From: a bacterium
Lineage (GTDB): Bacteria > Bacteroidota > Ignavibacteria > Ignavibacteriales > Ignavibacteriaceae
Direction of reading: 5' to 3'
Assembly: GCA_016716565.1 (NCBI GenBank)
Contig: JADJWC010000002.1
Location: 109,858-173,857 of the forward strand
Length of the DNA: 64,000 nt
Positions within the stretch are counted from its first letter, which is position 1; every line of letters begins with the position of its first letter. The notes under the pieces are model-generated. The model did not search any database. It was not told where the DNA came from and worked only from the letters and a program-made list of their open reading frames with translations. The position numbers were made by a program, and so were the translations under genes. Below, one piece after another: positions 18,361-27,851 of the stretch.

Positions 18361-20190
18361 TCAGAGTTTAGCTTCGACGTAAGATAAAACTTCACCCAAT
18401 TTCTTTTGTGCCTGTTGTTTCAACTCAGCACAAGTTTTTCTCATCTCATCAACAAACTTCTGGTCTTTAATATCTTTAAGATTAATAAGCACATTATAAA
18501 TTCCGCCAAGAACGCCTGTGTAAGCACTCTGTGCACCGACACCAACGTCTGTAATTGAATTCGGATTTCCATTTTTGGCAACATCTTCTGCGATTTCAAT
18601 TGCACGGTAACTTTGCTTTGCAGTGTTGAGAGGGACCATTACTGCTTGTTTCAATCCGGCTTGCATTGCTTCTTCTCTAGCTTTCTTTTCCTCAGCAGTC
18701 TTGTTTGGAAGCCGGCGAGCATTCATATAAGTATTGAATGCATTTGTATCCTCATCAATGGCTCTCACTAATTCTTCTTTAATCTGTTGGCATTGTTCCG
18801 CAGCATCATTAAGAATTTTGTCAACAGTATCGCTTCCTCTTTTATTTGCGGTCAGGTTGCTCACCATAGATGACAATGAAGCACCCAAAGCACCAGCTAA
18901 AGCCGCAATTGAGCCACCACCGGGTGCAGGTGATTCGCGTGAGACTTCATCAATAAAATCTGTTAGTTTCATTTCAACTAATGCTGTTTCAAGATTTTTA
19001 GGAAGTCCTAAAACTCTTTCTTCAATTTTGAATTCAGACACATCATTCAATCCCAGTGACTGAACAGCAGTGTTCAGAATATCTCTAACCGGAACTCCAA
19101 CCGAACGATGCTGCTGCCTAAGATAAAATTTTCCTGTCTCCAGCAAAGCGGGATAAGGAACCATTCCAACAATTTCACTTCCCGTAACGACAAGTCCTCT
19201 TTCCATTGCAAGCTTTCTGGTCTCTTCAATAACATCGTGCATTGAAGTCACTTTGTAGTTGGTCAGGTTAATAGAAATCTGTGCGCGGTCGTACTTCGGA
19301 ACCATCCATCCTATTGCTTTCGTGAATTTAAACTTCCCCGGCTTTTTTACTGACTGACCTTCAGGCTTTTCAGGATTTATTCCGTGTTGTTCAAGAATAT
19401 CAGCAAGATCGTATTGATGTTTAACTTTGCAATGATCAATCGTTTCATTTAATGTTTTTCCATTGAAGTCACAATCGCCGCAGGGATAATTTCCTTTTTC
19501 ATATTTCAGAATGTCTTCACTCTTGTAATAAAAGTTTCCGTTGTTAGTTCTGCGTGCTGATCTTCCCTTTTCTCTTATTTCAAATGCAATATCGGTGGCA
19601 TGATTTACTTCACGTGTATTCAGATCGATATTATAAGCAATTAAAAATTCTCTCACTCCGATAACTGTTGCCCCAGCTTTTGCATTAAATTTTGCTGGAC
19701 CGAAGTCTGGTTTCCATTCAGGTTTTTTTAATTTTTCTTCGAGCGCTTCGTACTCACCTTGCCTGATTTTTGCAAGATTTTCTCTTTCCGGTTTAGCAGC
19801 AGATTTTTCGTAAAGGTAAACTGGAATATGAAGTTCTTCTCCAACTCTCTTTGCTACTTCTTTTGAAAGTTCAATACATTCCTCAGTTGTAACTCCTGTA
19901 ACCGGAACAAACGGACAAACATCTGTTGCACCCATTCGTGGATGCGAACCTTTGTGTTTGCTCATATCAATCAGTTCTGCAGCTTTTTTTATTGAGTTGA
20001 ATGCAGCCTGTTTCACAGCTTCGGGTGGACCAATAAAAGTTACAACTGTCCGGTTCATATCAAAACCAGGATCTACATCGAGCAGTTTTGCTCCTTCTAC
20101 TTTTTCAATTTCGTCTGTTATTTGTTTTATTATTTCAGGTCGTTGTCCTTCAGAAAAATTAGGGACACATTCGATTAGTTTATCTTGCAT
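18361..20190 (-). CDS. ftcD: bifunctional glutamate formimidoyltransferase / formimidoyltetrahydrofolate cyclodeaminase (FTCD) with ~70-aa Cys/His-containing insertion
   Basis: N-terminal IECVPNFSEG and HPRMGATDVCPF match the transferase domain. C-terminal SPAPGGGSIAALAGALGASL matches the cyclodeaminase domain. Confidence 0.85.
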   Translation of the reverse strand: MQDKLIECVPNFSEGQRPEIIKQITDEIEKVEGAKLLDVDPGFDMNRTVVTFIGPPEAVKQAAFNSIKKAAELIDMSKHKGSHPRMGATDVCPFVPVTGVTTEECIELSKEVAKRVGEELHIPVYLYEKSAAKPERENLAKIRQGEYEALEEKLKKPEWKPDFGPAKFNAKAGATVIGVREFLIAYNIDLNTREVNHATDIAFEIREKGRSARRTNNGNFYYKSEDILKYEKGNYPCGDCDFNGKTLNETIDHCKVKHQYDLADILEQHGINPEKPEGQSVKKPGKFKFTKAIGWMVPKYDRAQISINLTNYKVTSMHDVIEETRKLAMERGLVVTGSEIVGMVPYPALLETGKFYLRQQHRSVGVPVRDILNTAVQSLGLNDVSEFKIEERVLGLPKNLETALVEMKLTDFIDEVSRESPAPGGGSIAALAGALGASLSSMVSNLTANKRGSDTVDKILNDAAEQCQQIKEELVRAIDEDTNAFNTYMNARRLPNKTAEEKKAREEAMQAGLKQAVMVPLNTAKQSYRAIEIAEDVAKNGNPNSITDVGVGAQSAYTGVLGGIYNVLINLKDIKDQKFVDEMRKTCAELKQQAQKKLGEVLSYVEAKL

Positions 20191-20318
20191 TTATATCTCT
20201 TTTTAATGAAGCTTTGGAAAAAAGTATTTATTGATATGAAAAATTAAAGGTATTGTATCAGAGAGACAAGGTGGATTAGTTATTTTGTGGAAATGTGTAC
20301 TTAATTAGAGCTAGTACA

Positions 20319-20882
20319 CTAACCAATCGTGTTTTTCTTGCTAAACAAATAAATATATACACTTAATATTATTATAACCACCAACTGAAAATAAATCGGT
20401 GTGCTGATTAAATTTCCACTCATAAAAGCTGAGCTAATAAGCAAATACTTAATCAAATAATAAAATATCTTACTTAAAACTACACTCACCATCATACCGA
20501 ACATTTTGTTCGATAATCTTTCAGACAGAAAGAAGAATAACCAGACGTTCAGTAAAAGTTCGCTAGTAATAAGAGTAGTTTTTATCAAGGATGGATGTGC
20601 AGAAATCAGAAATGAGAAAACAGGAAGTGTTAATGCAATCAGGTAAGCGTTTTTCCTGCTTGTGTGAGAGATAGCAAGTATTAACATTATGCGCATCGGC
20701 TCTAAATAATAAACTGGGAAGTTGAATAAATGAGAGATTGGCGGGACAAGGTATATTGCCGCTAATGCAACTATATCGAATACTATAAGTTTAATTTTTG
20801 AAACAGAGAATGGGTGCAATGCCGAATTATCCATATTTAATTCTCCAATTAATATTAACAATGTAAAATTAAGCTTTTCCAA
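20319..20882 (-). CDS. polytopic membrane protein, unknown function (5-6 TM)
   Basis: Hydrophobicity only. Lies adjacent to ftcD, so an ECF/folate-type S component is conceivable but not supported. Confidence 0.35.
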   Translation of the reverse strand: MEKLNFTLLILIGELNMDNSALHPFSVSKIKLIVFDIVALAAIYLVPPISHLFNFPVYYLEPMRIMLILAISHTSRKNAYLIALTLPVFSFLISAHPSLIKTTLITSELLLNVWLFFFLSERLSNKMFGMMVSVVLSKIFYYLIKYLLISSAFMSGNLISTPIYFQLVVIIILSVYIYLFSKKNTIG

Positions 20883-20980
20883 TCAAAGTATACACCTAGT
20901 AATTAGTCAATAATACTTTGATTAGAAATTATTAATTTTCATAATAATAAAAATAATTTTCTCATTAAGCTGAGACTAAT

Positions 20981-21904
20981 ATGGACCGCAGAGATTTCAT
21001 TAAGAAAAGTATACAGGCAGGAATATTAGTTGGATCTGCCAGTTCATTAGGAAAATATTCCAATCTATTTGCTTCACAAACTTCGCTCCTCTCAAAAAAC
21101 TATGTCCTCGTTGCTATCAAAGGCGGCGAACCCGATTCTATGTTTGATAAAGCCATCGAATCTCTTGGTGGAATGAAAGCATTTGTTAAAAAGGGGCAGA
21201 AAGTCGTTGTTAAACCGAATATCGGATGGGACGTAAGTCCAGAGCGAGCAGGAAATACAAATCCTGTTTTGGTAAAACGAATCGTGCAACATTGTTACGA
21301 AGCAGGAGCAAAGGAAGTGTATGTTTTCGATAATACCTGTGACGATTGGAAAAGATGTTATTCCAACAGTGGAATTGAAAAAGCAGTTAAGGATGCCGGC
21401 GGTAAAATTGTTTCGGGAGATAGTGAAAGGTATTATCAATCTGTTGAGGTCAAGCAAGGGAAGAAACTTACCAACACCAAAGTTCACGAGCTGATTCTTG
21501 ATTCAGATATTTTCATTAATGTTCCAATCCTCAAACATCACTCCTCAACTGATCTTACTATCGCAATGAAAAACTTAATGGGAAACGTTTGGGACAGGGG
21601 TTACTGGCACAGAAATAACTTACACCAATGCATCGCGGATTTCACCTCCTTCAAAAAACCAGATTTGAATATTATTGATGCATATTATGTGTTGAAGAGA
21701 AACGGACCACGCGGCGTTTCCAAAGCTGATGTCGTGTTGATGAAATCCCAGATAATATCAACAGACATAGTTGCAGCAGATGCAGCTGCATCTAAACTTT
21801 TTGGATCGGAACCGGAGAACATTTCATATATTAAGCTTGCTGCTGAGATGAAACTCGGACAAAAGGATTTATCAAAACTAAATATCAATAGAATCATCCT
21901 GTAA
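20981..21904 (+). CDS. Tat-signal DUF362 domain protein
   Basis: Twin-arginine motif RRDFIKK. Conserved VVKPNIGW region. Followed 3 nt later by a polyferredoxin gene. Confidence 0.55.
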   Translation: MDRRDFIKKSIQAGILVGSASSLGKYSNLFASQTSLLSKNYVLVAIKGGEPDSMFDKAIESLGGMKAFVKKGQKVVVKPNIGWDVSPERAGNTNPVLVKRIVQHCYEAGAKEVYVFDNTCDDWKRCYSNSGIEKAVKDAGGKIVSGDSERYYQSVEVKQGKKLTNTKVHELILDSDIFINVPILKHHSSTDLTIAMKNLMGNVWDRGYWHRNNLHQCIADFTSFKKPDLNIIDAYYVLKRNGPRGVSKADVVLMKSQIISTDIVAADAAASKLFGSEPENISYIKLAAEMKLGQKDLSKLNINRIIL

Positions 21905-21906
21905 AT

Positions 21907-23472
21907 ATGAACTTTTCTAAATTAAAGAAGATCAGGGTTTATGTTGCTCTTCTTTTCTTTGTGACTACTCTTTTATTATTTCTAGACATCATACATATAA
22001 TTCCTGCGCGATTAACGCCTTATGTGCTTTACTTTCAGTTCGTTCCATCTACTGTTAAATTTTTCAACCAATTCTCACTGATTGCTTCTGGCTTTATCAT
22101 CGTTTTAATAGCTACCATTTTATTTGGGAGAGTTTACTGTTCCAGCGTTTGTCCGCTTGGAACTCTTCAAGATATTATTTCAAGAGTCGCACTGACTTTC
22201 AACAAGAATAAATTTTTTCAGATGCTCAGAGACTTCAAACTGCTGAAATATAGTATTCTGACTGCAACAATTTTATCTCTATTTAGTGGTAGCTTGATAT
22301 TATTAAATCTGCTCGATCCTTTTAGCCTTGCAGGGAAAATATTCTCAAACCTATTTCGTGTGCTTCTGATTCCATTTAATAATTTAGCAGCTCTCACTCT
22401 TGAACAATTCAATATTTACAGAGTATATCCAATCGAGTTGAAAGCATTAAGCTGGATTGCAATTTCTTTTTCATCAATTATTCTTTTAACAATTGGAATA
22501 ATGTCTTTCACAAAAGGAAGATTATTTTGCAACACTATCTGTCCTTTAGGAACATTCCTTGGACTAACTTCAAGATTCTCTCTGTTTAAGATAAAAATTG
22601 ATGAGACAGATTGTTCTGGATGTGGCGTTTGTCAAACTGTATGTAAGGCAGGATGTATAGATAACGAAAATAAAAAGATTGATTACGATAGATGCGTCAA
22701 CTGTTTTAATTGCTTCACTGCCTGCCCTTCGAATGGAATTGTATATAAAAAATCGCTACAATCAATATTACTAAAAGAAAAAAAAGAAATTGATATTGAT
22801 AAAAGAAAATTCTTCACAAGGCTTGTTATCGGAGTAATCGGATTATCTGACTTTTTAAAAGCACAGGTTAAAGTCATTCCCAAAAAGAAAAGTACAGTTC
22901 CTGTATTTAAAAATGTTTATCCTTCACCACCAGGTTCAGGAAGTGTAGAACATTATTATAGTAATTGTACAGCATGTCATCTCTGTGTTGCTGCCTGCCC
23001 GACTCACGTTTTGCAGCCATTATTTCTTGAACATGGTTTCTTTAATATACTCCAGCCTTTTCTGGATAACTCTGCAGCTTACTGCACATTTGAATGCATC
23101 AGATGCACTGAAGTTTGTCCAACAGGAGCGCTTCTTCCTATAACAGTTGAAGAGAAAACAAAAGATCAGATTGGGAAAACAATTTTTGTAAAAGAAAATT
23201 GTATCGTTGAAACTGAAGGAACGGAATGTGGTGCTTGTTCTGAACATTGCCCGACGAAGGCTGTGATTATGGTCCCATACAAGAACAACATAAAAATTCC
23301 CGAAGTTACAAATGAATATTGTGTCGGCTGCGGAGCTTGTGAATATGCCTGTCCAACTATTCCTTATAAAGCGATTTATGTTGAAGGAAATGAAATACAT
23401 CAGATTGCAAAAGCCGCACCGCAGGAAAGGCTTCAACAGGAAATAGACTATAAGGAAGAATTTCCGTTCTGA
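21907..23472 (+). CDS. membrane-bound polyferredoxin (NapH/MauN-type, multiple 4Fe-4S clusters)
   Basis: TM helices, CSSVCPLGTLQD and CNTICPLGTF motifs, four CxxCxxCxxxCP ferredoxin motifs. Confidence 0.7.
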   Translation: MNFSKLKKIRVYVALLFFVTTLLLFLDIIHIIPARLTPYVLYFQFVPSTVKFFNQFSLIASGFIIVLIATILFGRVYCSSVCPLGTLQDIISRVALTFNKNKFFQMLRDFKLLKYSILTATILSLFSGSLILLNLLDPFSLAGKIFSNLFRVLLIPFNNLAALTLEQFNIYRVYPIELKALSWIAISFSSIILLTIGIMSFTKGRLFCNTICPLGTFLGLTSRFSLFKIKIDETDCSGCGVCQTVCKAGCIDNENKKIDYDRCVNCFNCFTACPSNGIVYKKSLQSILLKEKKEIDIDKRKFFTRLVIGVIGLSDFLKAQVKVIPKKKSTVPVFKNVYPSPPGSGSVEHYYSNCTACHLCVAACPTHVLQPLFLEHGFFNILQPFLDNSAAYCTFECIRCTEVCPTGALLPITVEEKTKDQIGKTIFVKENCIVETEGTECGACSEHCPTKAVIMVPYKNNIKIPEVTNEYCVGCGACEYACPTIPYKAIYVEGNEIHQIAKAAPQERLQQEIDYKEEFPF

Positions 23473-23565
23473 TTAAACATCCAATCCTCTTCTCTTATTT
23501 AAAATCATTAAATTTCGATTGGCGATAACCTTTAATAATCTACAAATTTATATTATCGAGCCCAG

Positions 23566-24414
23566 TTGACAGAATATTTAAATAAATTTTTATCCAGCTT
23601 GAGAGTCAGGGGGTTGATTCCAACCCTTAAAATAATTTCAGACAAGCTAAGCTTCGAATCAAAATGCCTCTTGATCTCTTTTAAGCTGAACACAAAGAAA
23701 GCACTTAAAAAAGGTGAGTTAATTATTGATCATGGGAAATATAAATTTATTTTTTATGGCGGTGGCGATAGAGGCGAAATTCTATATCATGCTTTCTGGG
23801 ATAAAATGTTTTCAGAAGAAATACAAAAAGTTAAAAATTTTATCAAGCCGGGTGATACTGTAATTGATGTTGGCGGTAATCTTGGTTTCTTCGTTTTGAT
23901 TTTAAATGAACTAGTTGGGAATACAGGAAACATTTATACCTTCGAACCATCAAAAAGACTTAAAGCAAAACTCGAATCCACAGTTCAGAAAAATTATCTT
24001 CAAAATGTTACTATTGTAAATTTCGCACTTGGAGAATCAGAAGGAGTCACAACAATTCATTACAATCCAAAGCAAACAGGTCTAACTTCGATTGTAACTG
24101 ATTTTGAAACTGGATCACTCAGTGAAGAAATTCAGATCACAACACTCGATAAATATTCTGAAAATATTTCTGGAAGAGTATCATTCATAAAAATTGATAC
24201 TGAAGGTTTTGAACCGCAGGTTTTAAATGGCGCAAGGAAACTTATTTCCAGGGACAAACCAACTATTTACATTGAGCTTGGCGGCGATTATCAGAACTCA
24301 TCCGCACAGGCATTAAAGATTCTAAAAGAATTAAATTACGATTGTGAAGCATATAGTATCGATTTGAAGAATGTTCCCGCCGGAATAAATTTTATCGCTA
24401 CTCCAAAACCTTAA
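23566..24414 (+). CDS. FkbM-family SAM-dependent methyltransferase
   Basis: DVGGNLGFF...YTFEPS...NFALGESEG... pattern typical of the FkbM family. Confidence 0.65.
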   Translation: MTEYLNKFLSSLRVRGLIPTLKIISDKLSFESKCLLISFKLNTKKALKKGELIIDHGKYKFIFYGGGDRGEILYHAFWDKMFSEEIQKVKNFIKPGDTVIDVGGNLGFFVLILNELVGNTGNIYTFEPSKRLKAKLESTVQKNYLQNVTIVNFALGESEGVTTIHYNPKQTGLTSIVTDFETGSLSEEIQITTLDKYSENISGRVSFIKIDTEGFEPQVLNGARKLISRDKPTIYIELGGDYQNSSAQALKILKELNYDCEAYSIDLKNVPAGINFIATPKP

Positions 24415-24432
24415 AACAAATTATTTAATCAA

Positions 24433-25539
24433 ATGAAAATCGAAAGAATTGAACTCCGTCATACCAAAATGGAATTGGTTTCTCCCTTTACAACATCAAT
24501 GGGAACTGAATATGATGAAGAACATATTATGGTTAGAATTGATGCAGAAGGAATTACTGGCTGGGGCGAATCGGTAGCTGAAGGAACTCCTTTTTATTCT
24601 TACGAAACAGTTCAGACTGCCTGGCACATTCTTCAGGATTTTCTTATCCCATCAATTCTTGGAAAAGATATCAGAAGTATCGATGAAGCAATTTCTCTTT
24701 ACTCAAAAGTTCGTGGACATATGATGGCAAAAGCCGGTCTTGAAGCAGCATTGTGGGATGTTTTTGCAAAATCAAAAAATATTTCGCTTTCAAAAATGCT
24801 CGGGGGGACTAAAGATAAAGTTGAGGTTGGTGTAAGCATTGGTATACAAAATTCCGAATCTGAACTTATCAATAAAGTTAGTGCTTATCTTGATGAAGGC
24901 TATAAAAGAATTAAAATAAAAATTTCTCCGGGGAATGATATTCAGTACGTTAAAGCATTGAGAAAAGAATTCCCGGAAATTCTTCTTCAAGTTGATGCTA
25001 ATTCAGCTTATGAATTAAAACATATTAATTTGTTCAAAGAAATGGATAGCTATCATCTTCTGTTAATTGAACAACCTCTTGGATACGAAGATATTTATGA
25101 TCACTCAAAACTTCAGCGGGAACTTAAAACCCCAATTTGTCTTGATGAAAGTATTCATTCGCTCGACGATACTCGTGCTGCAATTGAACTTGACAGCTGC
25201 AGAGTAATCAATATAAAACCAGGACGAGTTGGAGGATTTACTGAATCAAAATTAATACACGATTACTGTGCATCTAAAAATATTCCTGTTTGGTGCGGTG
25301 GAATGCTTGAATCAGGAATTGGACGGGCAGGAAATGTTGCTCTCGCTTCTCTTCCAAACTTTACTTTGCCCGGAGATATTTCTGCAAGTAAAAGATACTA
25401 CAAAGAAGATATTGTTGAACCAGAATTCACAGTTAATAAGGACGGAACAATGGATGTTCCAACTAAACCGGGTATCGGTGTAGAGGTAAATATGAAAAGA
25501 TTAGAACAAGTGACTGTTCGCAAGAAAACTTTTAAGTAG
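24433..25539 (+). CDS. enolase-superfamily enzyme (o-succinylbenzoate synthase / N-acylamino-acid racemase-like)
   Basis: Mandelate racemase/muconate lactonizing fold motifs: KIKISPG, QVDANSAY, LIEQPL, CLDES. Confidence 0.65.
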   Translation: MKIERIELRHTKMELVSPFTTSMGTEYDEEHIMVRIDAEGITGWGESVAEGTPFYSYETVQTAWHILQDFLIPSILGKDIRSIDEAISLYSKVRGHMMAKAGLEAALWDVFAKSKNISLSKMLGGTKDKVEVGVSIGIQNSESELINKVSAYLDEGYKRIKIKISPGNDIQYVKALRKEFPEILLQVDANSAYELKHINLFKEMDSYHLLLIEQPLGYEDIYDHSKLQRELKTPICLDESIHSLDDTRAAIELDSCRVINIKPGRVGGFTESKLIHDYCASKNIPVWCGGMLESGIGRAGNVALASLPNFTLPGDISASKRYYKEDIVEPEFTVNKDGTMDVPTKPGIGVEVNMKRLEQVTVRKKTFK

Positions 25540-25547
25540 ATTACTAT

Positions 25548-25576
25548 AAAAAAGCCCCTCGTAAGATGAGGGGCTC
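25548..25576 (-). terminator. rho-independent terminator (hairpin agcccctcgtaagatgaggggct; the T-run is on the minus strand)
   Basis: GC stem 8 bp. Preceded by AAAAA on the plus strand, which is the U-run for the minus-strand OmpA-like gene. Confidence 0.55.
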
Positions 25577-25596
25577 GCAATAAGTCATTAACGTTA

Positions 25597-27162
25597 TTAT
25601 CTGATTCGTTTAAATTCAATCCTTCTGTTCATTCTTCTATTTTCAGGTGATGCATTCGGCACTCTCGGAAATTCTTCGCCATATCCCTTTGAAATTATTC
25701 TATCGGGTTGAATTCCCTTACTGATCAACCAGAATCTTACTGAATCAGCTCTTCGTTGTGAAAGTGATTGATTACTTGATGCACTACCAACGTCATCAGT
25801 GTGACCACTTATCTCGACGATAATATCTGAATAAGTCTGCATTGTTTTTAGCGCACCTTGTAGAACAATTTCAGATTCAGGTGTAATGTCAGATTTTCCT
25901 GTTTCAAAAGTAATTCCTTCAAGTACAATTGGTACATCCATTTTCACTACATCATCTTCAGGATTTAAAGGATTTGTACCACGATTAACTTCTGTGAAAT
26001 CATCAACAGTTCCACCGTCTGTATCTGCCTTTAATGGATCAGTTCTATACATATTTATTTCTTCTCCATCTTTCAAATTATCAGCGTCCGTATCAGGATT
26101 CAAAGCATCTGTTTTGTAAAGATTTATTTCATCACTGTCTGAAATTGTATCGCTATCTGTATCTACTTTGAGCGGATCGGTTTTGTAGACATTAATTTCA
26201 TCTCCATCATTTAAACCATCACCATCTGTATCAGCTTTCAGCGGATCTGTATTGTGAGTTTTGATTTCCAGGTTATCAGAAAGTCCATCTGCATCTGTAT
26301 CTGATTTGTTTGGATCAGTGGAATAAGTTTTTACTTCTTCACCATCGGTTAAACCGTCAGTATCTGAATCTGTATTTAAAGGATTGGTCATGTAAGTCCT
26401 GACTTCTTCTCCATCTTTCAAACCATCGCCATCAGTATCTGGATTATCCGGATCAGTACCAAGTTCCTTTTCTTCCCTCTTCGTTAATCCATCACCGTCT
26501 TTATCCGACGAACCGCTGCCATTAACAAAAATTAGTCCTATACCTGCACTATAATAACCATCATAGTTACCCTCAGAGTTTGCTAAATTCTGATTATCAT
26601 ATTTATTTAAATCATCAGATAGTGAAAAAGTGTACCCACCTGAAAAATCTAATGTTATTGCCTCGGAGAGTGCTACTTCAAAACCACCACCAACAGGGAA
26701 TATTGTTGTCCAACCTTCTTCTTTCCCATTGTTAAATGCATCGCTAGGCGGATCATCATTATTAAAGTACATTGCACCAACACCACCATATAAATATGGA
26801 CTCCAAACATCCATATCAAACGGACTTAATATGACTCTTAGATCTAATGGAATCATATAAGTCCACCAATTATTTTTTGCTGTATCTATGCCCGCGAGTC
26901 TTCCAAATCCTCCACCTGCTTCCATTTCGACAACCGGCGTAAAGAATTCAAATCTTATAAAAAGCCTTCCCAGCCCCGAAAACTTATATTCAGGATCTTT
27001 CGGCTTATTCTCCTTATCGAATTCTGTATCAGGCAAAATTCCATTTGCCTGTAAACCAATTTTAACCGTATAGTCATTGAATTGAGCTAAAGAAACTGAT
27101 GCAGATAGAAGGCAAATCAGCAAGATCAAGTTTCCTGATTTAATTGTAAATAAATTTTTCAT
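25597..27162 (-). CDS. OmpA-family outer-membrane protein with thrombospondin type-3 (DxDGDGxxD) calcium-binding repeats
   Basis: Signal peptide. N-terminal beta-barrel-like region. Many DTDGDGL/DTDADGL repeats. C-terminal OmpA_C domain (GHTDDVGS...NRRIEF). Confidence 0.8.
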   Translation of the reverse strand: MKNLFTIKSGNLILLICLLSASVSLAQFNDYTVKIGLQANGILPDTEFDKENKPKDPEYKFSGLGRLFIRFEFFTPVVEMEAGGGFGRLAGIDTAKNNWWTYMIPLDLRVILSPFDMDVWSPYLYGGVGAMYFNNDDPPSDAFNNGKEEGWTTIFPVGGGFEVALSEAITLDFSGGYTFSLSDDLNKYDNQNLANSEGNYDGYYSAGIGLIFVNGSGSSDKDGDGLTKREEKELGTDPDNPDTDGDGLKDGEEVRTYMTNPLNTDSDTDGLTDGEEVKTYSTDPNKSDTDADGLSDNLEIKTHNTDPLKADTDGDGLNDGDEINVYKTDPLKVDTDSDTISDSDEINLYKTDALNPDTDADNLKDGEEINMYRTDPLKADTDGGTVDDFTEVNRGTNPLNPEDDVVKMDVPIVLEGITFETGKSDITPESEIVLQGALKTMQTYSDIIVEISGHTDDVGSASSNQSLSQRRADSVRFWLISKGIQPDRIISKGYGEEFPRVPNASPENRRMNRRIEFKRIR

Positions 27163-27760
27163 TAGTCCACCATATGTTGTGAGATTAGTTTGTTAATCTA
27201 AAAATTAACACTTACTGACAATTAAAATGCCATCGAAAACTGGCGGTTTTATTTAATTTTCTTCTAATTTAATCTAAAATTTACCAGAATAAAGGGAGTT
27301 AATTGACTACTTGTAAAGGTCAGAGACATCAATTCTACTAAAGAAGAGATGATGTAGGGTAGCTTAATTGGGTTCTTTGAATGAGGGATCCGGTTAGGTT
27401 TTGAGTAGCCAACTGCCTTTTTTGTCGGGGAACAAAATTTGTTGACTAAAGAAAAATATTTTTATTCATACCACAACTTGATTCTATTCTAATAAATGAT
27501 TATTTAAGGAATAGCAAGAGGGCAAATTTTTATAAGTGTGTCATAAACCTTTTAACCTTTCCCTCGCAAATAAATAAATTTTAATTGCTCTTCAAAGAGG
27601 AGCACTTTCTTTTATCATTCCAAGTGAGGCAAATAAAGATTGGAGTATAAATGAAACTCGCTATGATCCTTTGCTTAGTATTTCTGGAAACCACTTTTGT
27701 TGGTTCCGGAGTGGGTGCAAGCTTAATCATATTTGCATTAAGCTAAATATCCTTTTAGAC

Positions 27761-27807
27761 AAAAAAATCTGACCAGCAAAAATCAATCTCGGGATTTTCT
27801 GGTCAGA
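27761..27807 (-). terminator. rho-independent terminator at the end of the rtc/tRNA transcription unit
   Basis: Hairpin tctgaccag...ctggtcaga. A7 on the plus strand gives U7 after the hairpin on the minus strand, immediately downstream of the rtcB stop. Confidence 0.5.
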
Positions 27808-27851
27808 ATTTGTCTTCGATTAAGTATTCGGATTTAACCCAAATTATTATT

